A DNA stretch of 64,000 nt from Candidatus Marinacidobacterales bacterium (lineage in GTDB: Bacteria > Acidobacteriota > Vicinamibacteria > Marinacidobacterales > SMYC01): positions 8,000,001-8,064,000 of the forward strand of contig OZ250169.1 of the NCBI GenBank assembly GCA_965237955.1, read 5' to 3'. The notes under the pieces are model-generated. The model was not told the origin of the DNA, made no database searches, and was given only the letters and a program-made list of their open reading frames with translations. The position numbers and the translations under genes are program-made. Positions 10,394 through 21,886 of this stretch are shown here, piece after piece (the stretch's first letter is position 1; each line of letters starts with the position of its first letter).

Positions 10394-12187
10394 TTGACGG
10401 ACGTCGAGCGCGGCTCGAACAGGGATCGGTGGTTTCCTTCTGGCCCCTGGATGCGTCCCGTCGGATGGTTGCTTCTCGTCGCCGCGGTCGCCACTCTCCT
10501 CACCAACGCTTACTACCTGAGATTCCTGGAGCCCGTCGTCTCCCGGAGACTTCTCGCCGTTTGTCTCCTCGGTTCCATTGGGCTCTTCTTCTTCGTTGCT
10601 CGGGTCGGACTTCCCCGCACCCGAGAGGACGTTTTCGGTATAGCCCGACGCCTCGCTGTACCGGCGTTGCTTGTCGCGATCCTGGCGTGGGGTTTCGCGC
10701 TTCGCGTTTGGGGCATTAGCTCCGGTCTTCCTCAGAGCTACGTCGCCGACGAGTACGACTACGTCCACTCGACCATCACGATGATAAAACGGGGTGAGCT
10801 CAACCCCTATTGGTGGTACTACCCCAGCCTCAAGACGTATCTAAACATGGGCACCTACACTGCGGTGTACCTGGCGGGAGCGCGTTCGGGACGTTGGCAG
10901 AGCGTGAACGAGATTACCGTCGAAGACATGTTGTACTGGGGCCGTTTCGTCGCCGTCGTCTTTGGTACCGCTGCTGTTCTGCTCACGTTCTTACTGGGAA
11001 GGCGACTCTTCGGGACCCGAGTTGGCTTGATGGCCGCTGCTTTGCTGGCGGTCTTCCCGTCGGCGGTCGTGCAGTCCCAAATCAATAAGCCCGATGGAAT
11101 GCTTGCTTTCATGACTACCTTAAGTGTCCTGGCCAGCGTCGTGTACTTTCAAAAAGGGGGGGCGAAGCTCGCCGTCTTAAACGGGCTCGCCATCGGTCTG
11201 GCGATGGGTACGAAGTACAACGGCGTTTTGGTCGCGTTTCCGTTTCTGGTTGCCGTATGGCTGCGTCACGGTCGGCGACTACTCGTCGACCCCGATTTGT
11301 ACGTGGGTGTGGCTGGCTCGATCGCGGCTTTTTTTGCTACCAATCCCTTTCTGATCACGGACTTCGCGAGATTCCTGAACGATATTACCGAGCCTCTATA
11401 CACCTACGCCGTTGCCGGCAAAGAAGGGGGTACCGGTGTCGACAACTGGTACCACCACGCACGTTACGCGGTGCTCTTCGGAACCGGTCGGTGGGCGTTC
11501 CTTGCGGCGCTAGCTGGTCTCACCCTAGCGCTTTACCGACTCAACGCCCTGCTTGCCGTCGCATTGTGCTTTCCTGTCGTCTATGCGTCACTCGCGAGCT
11601 CCCAGCGCGTCCATTGGGCGGGTTTGTTCATCCCCGTTTACCCGTTTCTTGCGATCCTCGCGGCCTTTGCCGTCAATGAGGTGGCGGTGTTCGTTGTCAA
11701 GCTGCGCCGCGCCGTATGGGTGGAGCCATACGTCTTGGCGGCCTTGGTCGTACTCCTCATGTTGTTCCCAACACGCATGTCGATCCTCCATGACTCGGAG
11801 GCAACGCTTCCCGATACGGGAAACGTGGCGCGAGAATGGATCAACGCAACGTTCGAGCCGGGCACACACTTCGTGGCGGAAAGATTCACGCCGGTTCCGG
11901 ATCGGAAGCGTTTCCGCGTGTCACAAGAAGCAAGAGCCATTCACAAGTCCGTCGCGGACTATCGCCGCGAGGGCGTAGAGTATATCGTCGTTTCGTCGCA
12001 GATCTATGGCCGCTGGGGACCGGAGCACCGGGTCACTCGTGCCTATCGGAGACTCTTCGAGCTTTGTCTGCCGGTTGCGGAGTTCGAGCCGGTCGAAGGA
12101 AGGCTGCAGGGCCCCGCGATCCGGATTCTCCGCGTGCCGCCGGAAAGCGAAGCGGCTTCGCTCAAGCCAGATGGCGGGGGAGCTTGA
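10394..12187 (+). CDS. GT-C membrane glycosyltransferase (GT39/ArnT/PMT-like)
   Basis: Multiple TM helices, luminal ADE motif, YYPSL, GTKY. Confidence 0.8.
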   Translation: MTDVERGSNRDRWFPSGPWMRPVGWLLLVAAVATLLTNAYYLRFLEPVVSRRLLAVCLLGSIGLFFFVARVGLPRTREDVFGIARRLAVPALLVAILAWGFALRVWGISSGLPQSYVADEYDYVHSTITMIKRGELNPYWWYYPSLKTYLNMGTYTAVYLAGARSGRWQSVNEITVEDMLYWGRFVAVVFGTAAVLLTFLLGRRLFGTRVGLMAAALLAVFPSAVVQSQINKPDGMLAFMTTLSVLASVVYFQKGGAKLAVLNGLAIGLAMGTKYNGVLVAFPFLVAVWLRHGRRLLVDPDLYVGVAGSIAAFFATNPFLITDFARFLNDITEPLYTYAVAGKEGGTGVDNWYHHARYAVLFGTGRWAFLAALAGLTLALYRLNALLAVALCFPVVYASLASSQRVHWAGLFIPVYPFLAILAAFAVNEVAVFVVKLRRAVWVEPYVLAALVVLLMLFPTRMSILHDSEATLPDTGNVAREWINATFEPGTHFVAERFTPVPDRKRFRVSQEARAIHKSVADYRREGVEYIVVSSQIYGRWGPEHRVTRAYRRLFELCLPVAEFEPVEGRLQGPAIRILRVPPESEAASLKPDGGGA

Positions 12188-13411
12188 TAGAAGAGGAGGG
12201 AAGCCGCTCGGCCTCGGCCAGACACCCGGCGTAATCGTTGAACATGGCGCTCGGGTTGTGCTCCACCTAGACGTATTCGCGCGCGCAGACTTCGAGCCTT
12301 CGCCTGCGTTCCGGATCGCGCAGGAGATCCATCACGTCACAGAAGAGACCGTCCTCGTCGCCGTCGAGGCTCGTTCGGGCGACGACGGTGTCGGGGTAGT
12401 CGAGCTCGCGCATCTGATCGGTCACCATGACGGCTCTACCCGCCGCCAGCAAGCGAAGCAATGTGGCAGAGGTCTCCCCGGCTGAGGGATAGCGGAGATT
12501 CAAACAAATGTCCGCGGCCGAGGCATAGAGTCGGAAATCGGATTCTGAAACGCGTTCCGTGAGAAGTATGCGCTCGGCCACGCCCAATTGCTCGGCCTCC
12601 CGGCGCGCGTTGTAGTGCGCTACGGTTCCCCCGACCAGCAGGTACCGCACATCGACGTCCTCATCGAGCATCCGTTTGAGACAACGAAGGGCGATCGAGA
12701 TGCGTTTTTCTGGAGACACCAACCCAAAAGACGCCGTGACAATCTGTTTTCCTAAACCCAACTGCAGGCGGGCCTCGTCGCGTGAAACAACTTCGGGCAG
12801 CTCGATGCCCATGCGCACGGCGCGAATCACGCTTTCCGGACACCGCTCGTCAAGGGCGGCGCGGCTGTGGACGAGCGTCACTTGCTGGCTCGCACCAGCA
12901 GTTCGTGAAGCGGGTACTGGTAGAGCAGCCGGGCGCCTCCCATCCGTATGGCGATCTCGGCGATTTCCCCGCCGCGGTTGGGGTACGAAGCTTCGACCTC
13001 CGCGGTGTACTCGGAGAGTTTGGCGATCAATCGATCTCGCTTCCCGGTATCGCCCATGTGCGCCTTGTAATCGGCGACTTCGGGGCTATTCGTGTACATG
13101 GCGAGCCGGTAGTGGTGCAGCACGAGATCGTGCAACACCAGCATGCCCGGGTGGTGAAAGACCAACGGGTACATAAAGTCGTGGTGCAGGCTGTTCCCCA
13201 TCTGATAGAGAGGCAGTGCCTTCGGTTCGACGGACTGTCTCTTCTCGAACTCCTGCCACGAATAGCAGGACACGTCGAGGGGTGGGTCGATCGGCTCGCC
13301 GGTATAAGCCTCCACCGGAAACGCTTCCGACAAGCCTTGCAGAAGAAGCCGGCTGTAATCCGCCACGCCGGTGGGCGAGGGAGGCAAGGGCGAGAACAGA
13401 GCGATTCTCAT
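12162..13411 (-). pseudogene. GT4 glycosyltransferase, frameshift near 12880 and premature stop at 12267
   Basis: MRIALFSPLPPSPTGVADYS, VLHDLVLHH, NLRYPSAGETS; split over ORFs 12878-13411 and 12267-12881. Confidence 0.8.
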
Positions 13412-13418
13412 CAGCCTT

Positions 13419-13650
13419 TTATGTCGCGAAGAAGTCTCTAACTTCCTTGGCGACGCGGCGGGCGTCGTCCTCGCCGAGCTCGGGGTAAATGGGAAGCGAG
13501 AGGACTTCTTCGGCCGCGGCTTCTGCCTCCGGAAAACTTCCTTTCTTCAAGCCGAGGTCCGCATAAGCAGGCTGGAGATGATGAGGGAGAGGATAGTGGA
13601 CGGCCGAGGCGACGGCGTTTTTCTCCAAGTATCGGCGCAGCGCCGGCCAG
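13419..13650 (-). pseudogene. C-terminal fragment of DegT/DnrJ/EryC1/StrS aminotransferase
   Basis: VHYPLPHHLQPAY...FPEAE...LSLPIYPEL. Confidence 0.85.
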
Positions 13651-13651
13651 C

Positions 13652-15313
13652 GTTCGTGGCCGCGCATACCGACTTCGGCACCTTCGAGGCAATGTTCGAG
13701 GCCAGCGGCTTCACCTTCGAATCGCCCGAAGACTTCGCGACGATCCCAGATGCCGAGTGGGATGCCTTCATCGCCAGCGTCACCCGGTTTCCCGATTGGA
13801 GATGCCCCTGAGATAGTTGAAGGTTAGGAGTGGCGGCTCCTAAGGCCGGGTTCGATAGAATCCGGCTGTGAAGGAAAAAGAAAGGAGCCACCACGATGTC
13901 AAATTACCAAATCATCGATGCGAAGAACAGGAAGAAGCTTCGAGAGATACTGAGCTCGAAGGGGCAAGCTCTGTTGCCGTTCTTGGATGCGATTGAGCGA
14001 ACCGAGATAGCGATCGACGAAGTGATCGACGTTGCTGGCCGAGCGACGATCGAAGCGGTCTTGGATCTGTCAGCCCAAAGTGTGGCTGGGGAGAAACACC
14101 CGGGGAAGAAGGGTAGCGATGTTCGCTGGCACGGCCGGCAGGGTGGCGTAGTAAGCCTTGCGGAGCGGAAGTTGAGAGTGAGCCGGCCACGTCTGCGGCG
14201 TAAGGGAAAGGCAGAGGGAGGGGAGGTTGCGATTCCTGCCTACGAAGCGGTGAACAACTCGTCTCGGCTGAGCCAACGCATCTGGGAAATCCTGATGCTG
14301 GGTGTGTCGACGCGCAAGTACGCGTCGGTTCTTCCCGAGATGGCGGAGACGGTAGGGGTTAGCAAGAGCGAGGTGAGCCGTGAGTTCGTGGAAGCAAGCG
14401 CGGAGCAGTTGCAGGGGCTGATGGAGCGTCCGCTGGACGAGCTGGAGATCGCGGTCGTGTACCTGGACGGGATTCGCTTCGGCGAGCACCACGCGCTGGC
14501 GGCAATCGGCGTAGATACAGAGGGATACAAGCATGTTCTGGGGCTTCGGGATGGAGCATCGGAGAACCAGATAGTGTGCAAGGCGCTGCTGGAGGACCTG
14601 GTCGAACGAGGCCTGAGCCCAGAGCGGTGTCGGCTGTTCGTGATCGATGGCTCCAAGGCGCTACGGGTCGCCGTCGACGCTGTGTTCGGTACCCACAACA
14701 AGGTCCAGCGTTGCAGGAAGCACAAGGAGCGCAATGTGCTCGGTTATCTGCCGCAGGAGCTGAAGCCGCAAGTGCAAGCGAGCCTGCGTTCGGCCTGGCA
14801 GCTCCCAGCAAAGAAGGGCAAAGCGCGGTTGGAGCAACAGGCGAAGTGGCTCGAGGACGACTACCCCTCGGCGGCGGAGAGCATCCGGGAGGGGCTCGAC
14901 GAGATGTTCACCATCAACGAGCTCGACCTCCCCGCATCTCTGAAACGCTGCCTTGGATCGACGAACATCATCGAGTCGTGCTTCAGCGGTGCGCGAGGTC
15001 GTACCCGTTCGCGTCACCCGCTGGCGCAATGGCAAGATGGTTCTGAGATGGGCCGCTTCGGCTCTGCTCGCCACGGAGAAAAATTTCCGTCGTATCATTG
15101 GATACCAATCGCTACCGATCCTCGAAGCGAAGTTAGCGGAGGTCACTGAGAATCAAGCGCTCGACAAGCACGCCAAAGTCGGGTAAACCATGTGTCAGGA
15201 GCCGCCACCACCTCGAACCTTCAACTATGGTGGGGGCACCTCCTCCCGATTGGAAGACGATGCAGGAAAAAGCTGCAGTGGACTGGATGGCCCGAGGGAT
15301 ACGCCTCGCGTAG
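13652..15313 (+). pseudogene. Small acidic hypothetical protein, 5'-truncated and split by IS256
   Basis: Removing the IS and one TSD restores ...DAEWDAFIASVTRFPDW-KTMQEKAAVDWMARGIRLA*. Confidence 0.65.
13798..15243 (+). mobile_element. IS256-family element (type alpha), copy 1; +1 frameshift near 15009
   Basis: IRs GGAGATGCCCC/GGGGCACCTCC; 8-bp TSD TCCCGATT (13790-13797, 15244-15251); transposase from 13896. Confidence 0.95.
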
Positions 15314-15399
15314 CTCGTGGATATCAAGTTCGACAGCTACCCGCGGGGGTCCCAACCCACAGGCCCGTCACCTGCCGATGGTGCCAGAGTCCTTCTTCC

Positions 15400-15672
15400 A
15401 CCGTCGCCGTCCGAGGCGCGTCGGGAGCGATAAGCGTCGGCGAGAGCCAACGGGGCTTCTATGTCGGCATCGAGTATGGCTTGGCGACCGCCGCGATTGT
15501 AGAGTCCTCCGTCTTCCATGTCAGTCATCGGACGAAGTGCGACGTGCTGCTCTATTCCGACCCGAGTATGGCTCCGACCGGTGCGGCGGAATGTAGCGAC
15601 GATACTCCGAGGATGTGCTCCAACAGCTTCGATCCGGGGACCGGGTTTGCGGGCGGCCTTAGCGCAGGCTAA
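15400..15672 (+). pseudogene. Fragment of an outer-membrane beta-barrel paralogous to 62988-63941
   Basis: GFYVGIEYG...KCD...EC...SNSFDPGTGFAGGLSAG* aligns with GFYFGSEWG...VCD...NC...QNAFDSAKGPLFGMALGY. Confidence 0.6.
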
Positions 15673-15839
15673 GACTGGGGCAAGCTGCGCTTCGAAGTCG
15701 AACACCTAAGCCGCTACCAGAGCGAGGACTCTTCGCCCCTCCGCACAGGAGGGGGCGGGAATGAAGTGCTGGCAGCCAAGTCCGGCGAGTGGAATCTGGA
15801 AGACCTGCCCTCGGAGAGAATTTCCGAATTCCGCGCCCA

Positions 15840-15897
15840 CCAACTCCAGAAGGCGATCGGCTATACCTTCCTGGCGCCCGACATCATCCGCCATTGT
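15840..15897 (+). pseudogene. Remnant of serine recombinase C-terminus
   Basis: KAIGYTFLAPDIIR vs KAIRYAFLAPDIVR at ~53332-53373. Confidence 0.6.
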
Positions 15898-15989
15898 ACC
15901 TTGTGCCAGAGAGGCAGGATCACTTTTGTGCCTTCGTTCATTTCGCGATTTACGAGACCATCCAACTCATACTGCGGCCAGTTCTTGGC

Positions 15990-16233
15990 GAAGAAGACCT
16001 CGCTCCACCTCGAGGAAGACTACTTCTTCATCGATACCGAAATCGTGGTCCAGCTTCACCGGGCTGGATTCCGCTACATTCAGAAAGGCGTTCGCCACTA
16101 TCCCCGCACCGCAGGGAAGTCGACGGTCGGCCCGACCGACGTTCCCCGTACCTTTCTAGCCCTCATGAGGCTCTGGGTAAAGCTGCGGCTGCTGAGCTCG
16201 GGTAAAACGAAACGCGCGGCACCGCGCGATTAG
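15990..16233 (+). pseudogene. GT2 glycosyltransferase C-terminal fragment
   Basis: FFIDTEIV...VRHYPRTAGKSTV. Confidence 0.7.
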
Positions 16234-16242
16234 TCGGCCAGA

Positions 16243-16474
16243 GTGTTCAACCTTTCCGTGTGTTCCGGCGTGTGGAAGGCGGCCGGCGCTAGTGCGCTCG
16301 GGACGATCCTCCTCTTAACGCTCGCCTACCGATTGCCCACGACGTTGGTCGTCGACATGGGCGACGCAGTGGTCGGCGCACTCCTCACCGACAACTTTCA
16401 CGACGCAGAGGAGGGCTACCGCTGGACCCGCGGCACGAGTCACATGCGTTTCCTGGATCCTGGCGCCAGCCCGA
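16243..16474 (+). pseudogene. N-terminal fragment of a membrane protein cut by IS256
   Basis: TM segment then VDMG...NFHDAE...YRWT; ends at the IS IR. Confidence 0.5.
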
Positions 16475-17842
16475 GGATGTGTCCCGAGGTCGGTGGAAAA
16501 AGAACAGCGCACCTCGACTCCGTCATCAGGGTATCAGATCAAGCGGCAACCTCCGCGTGTTCGAGAACCTCGCTCAGACGTTGGTAGCCGTCGATGCGTC
16601 GTAGTTGAATCTGGCCAGAGGCGATAAGCCCAAACAGCAAAGCGACCGCGGACTCCTCGCTGAGAACGACGCTTGGGTTTTCGTCCGGCGTCGAAACTCG
16701 CGGTTGAGATTCTCCAGAGCATTGGTCGTGCGAATCGATTTCCACATGGCACGAGGGAATTCGTAGAAGGTCAGCAGCTGATTACCGGCCTCCTCTAGGC
16801 TTCGGACGACGGCCGGCGCGAGAGGCGTCCACTTGGCGACGAGCTTGTCATAGGCTTTGCGAGCATCGATACCGTTTTTGCTGTAGACGATCCGGTTGTA
16901 GTCACGCCGGAGCTCGCGGCGTGCGTGCGCCGGGCAATGTTGGAGCAAGTTGGCGCGCTTGTGCTCGGTACATCGCTGCAACCGGCACTCCGGCCACTTC
17001 TCGAGCGCCTTCGTCAGCCCCTTGTGGCCGTCGCTGATCACCAGCTTGGGAGCCCGTAGTCCTCGGGCCTGGAGTCCTTCCAGCGCGGAGCCCCAATGCG
17101 TCGAGGATTCGCTCACTGCCAGACGCAATGACAACAGCCGTTTCTGGCCGTCTGGCGCGACCCCGAGCGCTGCCAGCACAGGCACGCTGATCACACGCTT
17201 CGCCATCCGCACCTTCAGGTGGAAGCCGTCCAGGTAAACGATCGCGTAGACTTCATCGCTAAGGTCACGGCTCTGCCATTCTTCGAAGCGCTCTTTTAGT
17301 CGGCTAACTACGCGAGACACCGCGCTTTTCGATAAGTGCTCTTCACCAAGCAGCGGTTTCAGCGCCCTGCGGATCCGACGGCTGTTCGCGCCCGACAAGT
17401 ACGTCCCCAAGATCGCCTCGTCGACCTCACGAGTGCGGCGCGCGTACCGGGGCAACAGCTCGCTTTTGAACTCTGTCGTCTCTCCCGTTTCCTCGTCTCG
17501 CACACGGGCTCGTGGCACTCGCAGCTCGCGTGTTCCCACCGATGTCGTCACGCGGCGGGTCTCGGCGCCGTTGCGATAACCACAGCGTCCTTCCGTACGC
17601 TCGTAGCTAACACAACCCAGCGCTTGGTCCACTTCCTCCTCGAGCACAACCTCGATCGCCTCCAGTACCCGCTTGCGCAACCGAAGCTGGACGAACTCCC
17701 GGTACTCGCTTACAGACTCCTTGGATATGGTGGTAGGCTTCTTCATGGCGTAATCCTCCTCCTCGCCTTTTCAGGCGCGGTTTTGATTTTGGTTAACCGG
17801 AGGTTGCGCCATTCTTATTTCCACGGAACCCGGGACAGATCC
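16475..17842 (-). mobile_element. IS256-family element (type beta), transposase 16539-17746 with 3' frameshift
   Basis: YRNG, VYLDGF, ISDGHKGL, QRCTEH, RTTNALE; IRs GGATGTGTCCCG/CGGGACAGATCC; no TSD. Confidence 0.9.
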
Positions 17843-18015
17843 CTCTCGCCCTGGACCGTGGAGCTTCGGGCTCGAAGCGGGGTCGCGTCCGACGAGACGG
17901 TTCGAGGGACGTTACTCCGCGCCGATGATTTCGAGCTATCGGGAGCTCTGAGCTCCGATTGGAGCCTCCACCGAGCGACGCTCCCCGCTGCTTTCCTGCA
18001 AATACTCTCGTAGCA

Positions 18016-18135
18016 AGTATTGTCAAGTTGAGGTCTCAAGCTCGGAGCGGGCCGCTAGATAATGGGGCTTGAGCGTACCGCGTTGCCAACATCTTGGGGT
18101 CGGATCGGCCCTGAATACCTCAACTTGACAGCAAT
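18016..18135. mobile_element. ~120-bp mini-element with IS6-like IRs
   Basis: TGTCAAGTTGAGGT...ACCTCAACTTGACA; core matches the IS6 IR at 687-700. Confidence 0.6.
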
Positions 18136-18202
18136 GGCACCGCCCGCGTGGGCGGAGGTCATCGGGGAGTGACCGAAATCGTTCGTTCACTCGAAAGTAC
18201 CC
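18121..18202 (+). repeat. ~80-bp repeat (IS6-like IR plus GC hairpin)
   Basis: Homologous to rc ~27623-27704. Confidence 0.75.
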
Positions 18203-18221
18203 TCCCGATGCCTGCCTGAAC

Positions 18222-19456
18222 TTGAGCTTGGTGGTGCCTTACAAGCAGTTTCTCACCACGCTCCTGAGGCCGGATTGGTACGGACGAAACCAACAGCAGA
18301 GCGGCCTGGGGTACTCGCTCCTCAGCCTTGCCTTGATCGCGGCCGTGGTTTTGTTTCTCTTCCCGAAGGCGTCCTCCCTTGCTTCTCGAGGTCACCCTCT
18401 TGACGATCCTGGTGACCTGGATACCGGCGCTGTCCTTCGACTACAAGCTGACGTTGATGTTCGTCCCTTTGTTGAGTGCTTTCGTTCGAAAGAGACGCGA
18501 AATCTGTTTCTGCCGATTCTCATGATCTCGTTGCTGTTGATCTCAAAGAAGATTTTCGGCTACGAGGGGGCGAAAACGATCGACCAGCTCGTTGTCGCTG
18601 CCCTGTTCCTCTGGACCGTGATCTCGATCCTCGAGTGGGAACGGCCTCAGGAAGAGGGCACGGTGGTGGTGCAAAAGCTTCCCTGGGTGGCGCTGACTTC
18701 GATGGTGACGATCCTGGTTCTGACTTATGGTTCGAAGACCCACGCCTTGATGGGACTACCCGAGTTTCGCGGAGAGGGCGAGACCATCGACTTCATCCCC
18801 AGAGAGCCGGAAGGACATTTCGGTCAAGGCTGGTTTGCTTTCGAGAGTGACGGAACAAATACCTACCGATGGATGAGCGCACCAGCCGCACACCTTTACG
18901 TTTGATTGGAAGCCGGCCGCAACTACCGCCTCGAGTTGGACCTGCGCAACCACGTTCACAATCCCGATCAACAGGTGCGGGTGTGGCTGGATTCGGTGGA
19001 GCTCGGCGCGTTCGACATGGAGAGCGGAGAGTAGAGACAGTTCGCCTGCCAGCCAGTCTCCTCTCTCCAGGTGCTTTTCGCTACAAGGTCTCCGTCAGCG
19101 TGGACGTTTTGAACCCGCCGGGGAGAGGAGATCCTCGGCGCCTGGGTGTGGCCTTGAACAGCATCACCTTTCACGGTGAGGAAGCGCTCCCTCTCTTCGA
19201 TGGACGGGGCGATGCGATCACCTTCTCGCCGTCAGACGAAACGATTCCGCTTCTGGCGTTGATTGGCGGCGGAGTGCTGATGTTGATGAGTGACGAGCTC
19301 ATCTGGGGTGGTGGCGGTCGTTTCGTTTTTGGCTGCTACCTGGGCCTGGTGATGTCTCACTTCGTGGTCGATACCGGCGTATGGCGGTTGAGCGGCTCGT
19401 TTCAAAGGCAGTATCTATCCGAGCCTTTCGATTTCATTCTTGCCCGGCCGCGGTAA
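18222..19456 (+). pseudogene. Degraded membrane protein fragments (glycosylation-cluster type)
   Basis: TM helices, GWFAFESDG...YRWMS, DPRRLGV; several frame breaks. Confidence 0.45.
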
Positions 19457-20260
19457 ATCAGTCACGTAATCGCGTTGCCGGCGGGCTTCGGCGACGCGCG
19501 TCCGGCTGCGCCACAACCACCACCTCATGCAAAAAACCCCTCGAACGTCCTTCCAGGCAGCGGAGATGATCCGGACCCGGCTGTCGTCGTCATCCACCCA
19601 CCGGACCGGCACGTCCTTGATGCGATAGCCCAGTTTCTCGGCAAGCACCAGTAGCTCGGTGTCGAAGAACCAGGCGCTGTCTTTCACTTGGGGCACCAGA
19701 TCGCGCGCCACTAGGGCCGACACCGCCTTGAAGCCGCACTGAGCGTCGCTGAAGCTGGTGAACAGCACCGATTTTAGAAACAGGTTATAGCCGCGGGAGA
19801 TGAACTCCCGCTTCAAGCCCCGCGTTACCCGGGAGTCTTTCATGAGCCGTGAGCCAATGGCGATGTCATAACCCTCTTCCCAGATGGCGCGACACAGCTT
19901 TTCCAGCGCTTCCAGTTCCGTGGAGATGTCGACATCGGTGTAGGCGAGGATGTCAGCAGAGCTCCGGGTCCAGACCTTGCGCAGAGCCCGGCCCCGTCCT
20001 CGCTCGCTGAGCGAGAAGGAGAAGACATCGTCGAACTTTCCTGCCAGCTCTTCGGCAATCTCGCTGGTGCCGTCCTCGGAGCCGTTGTCGGCAATCACGA
20101 TGCGGGCCGGGAAGGGAAAGCTCTGGTGGAGAAAGCCGCGGATGGTGGTCACGCTCTTCTCCAGCACTCGCGCCTCGTTGAGGCAGGGGATCACCAGCTC
20201 AACCAGCGGAGCCGCAGCGGGCTTGTCTACCAAACGATGACCTCCATCACGACGATTCAA
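19415..20260 (-). CDS. GT2 polyprenol-phosphate glycosyltransferase (DPM1/Alg5-like); C-terminus may be altered
   Basis: VIPCLNEA, ADNGSEDGT, YTDVD, IGSR, DAQCGFK, WFFDTELL. Confidence 0.88.
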   Translation of the reverse strand: MNRRDGGHRLVDKPAAAPLVELVIPCLNEARVLEKSVTTIRGFLHQSFPFPARIVIADNGSEDGTSEIAEELAGKFDDVFSFSLSERGRGRALRKVWTRSSADILAYTDVDISTELEALEKLCRAIWEEGYDIAIGSRLMKDSRVTRGLKREFISRGYNLFLKSVLFTSFSDAQCGFKAVSALVARDLVPQVKDSAWFFDTELLVLAEKLGYRIKDVPVRWVDDDDSRVRIISAAWKDVRGVFCMRWWLWRSRTRVAEARRQRDYVTDLPRPGKNEIERLG

Positions 20261-20339
20261 CGACAGCCACAGAGCTTATCATTGTCTTTCCTGAAAACGG
20301 ACACTGTACAGGGCGACCCCAAGGTTGCTGCTGTCCGCC

Positions 20340-20400
20340 TGTGCTCCGTAAAAAGTCGATCCAGCGTTGATTGCGCGTTCTAGACCTGTTATGGTCGGCT
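20340..20400 (+). mobile_element. Truncated type-B left end/MITE
   Basis: First 61 bp match 9126-9186; cut by the B element at 20401. Confidence 0.8.
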
Positions 20401-21788
20401 TGTCGTCCGCAAAAAAGAAGATCGCAACTCGCTGCGACAGAACTGGGAAGGCGATGCTCGTGAAATCGGTCTCGAGGCGTCGTTGATATCCTGAACTGGC
20501 TTCCTCCCCAGGACGAGAAAGACAAACGTCCAGCGCGAACCGAGCGCTCCTCTGCGCGCAGAGAATGCTTCAGTCAAGCGGCGTGGGCCAACCGGTAATC
20601 GTGATGGAGACCGCCAAGAACGGGCCTTGAGACGATTCGCTTTCCGCTCGGAATCTGGTGACGATAGGGAGCAGGATCGACATGAAGAGCGCTCGCCGGC
20701 TCGGGAACATTGGGTCCGAGAGACGAATGCGGCCTCGCGCGATTGTAGTAGTCACGCCATTCACACAACAGTCGACGCAGATGCTTCTCCGACAGCGGGA
20801 TAAGGAAGTCTAAACATTCTCGGCGGGTGGTGCCGATCAATCTCTCGCAATAACAATTCGCTTGCGGCGCGAATGGAGGTGTCCTCAACACCCTGACGCC
20901 CATCGCTCGCACGGACTTCCGTAGATCTTCGGAGAACTTGGTATCCCGGTAGACGATCACGAAGCGATAATCGTGCTCACACGGTATCGCCTCTCGGAAC
21001 TGCTGCAAGGTCCACTCCGCGCTCGGATGCGTGGTCACGTTCACGTGAGTCATCTTGCGCGTACCGACTTCCATCACGACGAGGACGTAGAGGAATTGGA
21101 ACCGAGCCGTGACGACCGTGAGGAAGTCGGTGGCGATGATTGCCTTCGCGTGATTGCGAACGAATGTGGACCAGCATTGCGATGAATGGCTTGCGTCTCG
21201 GTCGCTGTCATCTCGACTCGGCATGTACTTTCCCACCGTGCGCGGGGACACTCGGACCCCGAGCTTGACGAGGAGCTCATGAGCGATTCTCTCTTCGCCC
21301 CAGCTGACTTTCGCGATCGCCATCTCGACGATCAGCTTCTTGAGCTCTTCTGGCACGGGTGGGCGTCCTTTGTGCCGAGATTTCCACCGCCAAAACAGAC
21401 GAAATCCTTTCCGGTGCCAGCGGACGAGCGTGTCGGGCTTCACGACGACTAGGGCATTCTTCCAGTCGAACAGCCGAGCCAGCGCCGCCATCGTGAACCG
21501 TGTCACGTTGTCGGTATGGTGGGGCGTCTGCTCACGCTCGACAAAAAAGGTGCGCTGCTTACGGAGAAAGAGATTCTCGGCGGCGAGGGCACCCTGCGAA
21601 CGGACAAGATTCCGAGCGAACGCGAGGGCGTTGACGAAAGCGGGCACAATATTCGAGAGCAGACGCAAGACTGCACCTTTCCACGGTTACAATGACGTCG
21701 GATCACGTCATCCGTTCGCCACGAAACGGCCAATCCTGGCAGGTCTAAACTGCGGAATCAACGACGGATCGACTTTTTGCGGAGCACA
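20401..21788 (-). mobile_element. Type-B integrase-core IS element
   Basis: IRs TGTCGTCCGCAAAAAAG / rc TGTGCTCCGCAAAAAG; no TSD. Confidence 0.82.
20574..21668 (-). CDS. Type-B integrase-core transposase; second catalytic Asp region altered (IVYRD)
   Basis: AAENLFLRKQ, WGEERIAHEL, TDFL, CERLIG, YNRARPH, VLGGLHHDY. Confidence 0.85.
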   Translation of the reverse strand: MRLLSNIVPAFVNALAFARNLVRSQGALAAENLFLRKQRTFFVEREQTPHHTDNVTRFTMAALARLFDWKNALVVVKPDTLVRWHRKGFRLFWRWKSRHKGRPPVPEELKKLIVEMAIAKVSWGEERIAHELLVKLGVRVSPRTVGKYMPSRDDSDRDASHSSQCWSTFVRNHAKAIIATDFLTVVTARFQFLYVLVVMEVGTRKMTHVNVTTHPSAEWTLQQFREAIPCEHDYRFVIVYRDTKFSEDLRKSVRAMGVRVLRTPPFAPQANCYCERLIGTTRRECLDFLIPLSEKHLRRLLCEWRDYYNRARPHSSLGPNVPEPASALHVDPAPYRHQIPSGKRIVSRPVLGGLHHDYRLAHAA

Positions 21789-21886
21789 GGTCCGGAAGGA
21801 TCCCTGTAAGTGACGCAACCCGGGGGTACCTCCAGGTCGTCCGATGACTCCAACGTCGCTCCTGAGCCAATCTCGAGCGTCTCGTT

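Noticed and set aside
9950-10400. TnpB/IscB RNA-guided system next to tnpA
   Set aside because: The right-end hairpin follows the tnpA stop directly and there is no RuvC ORF.
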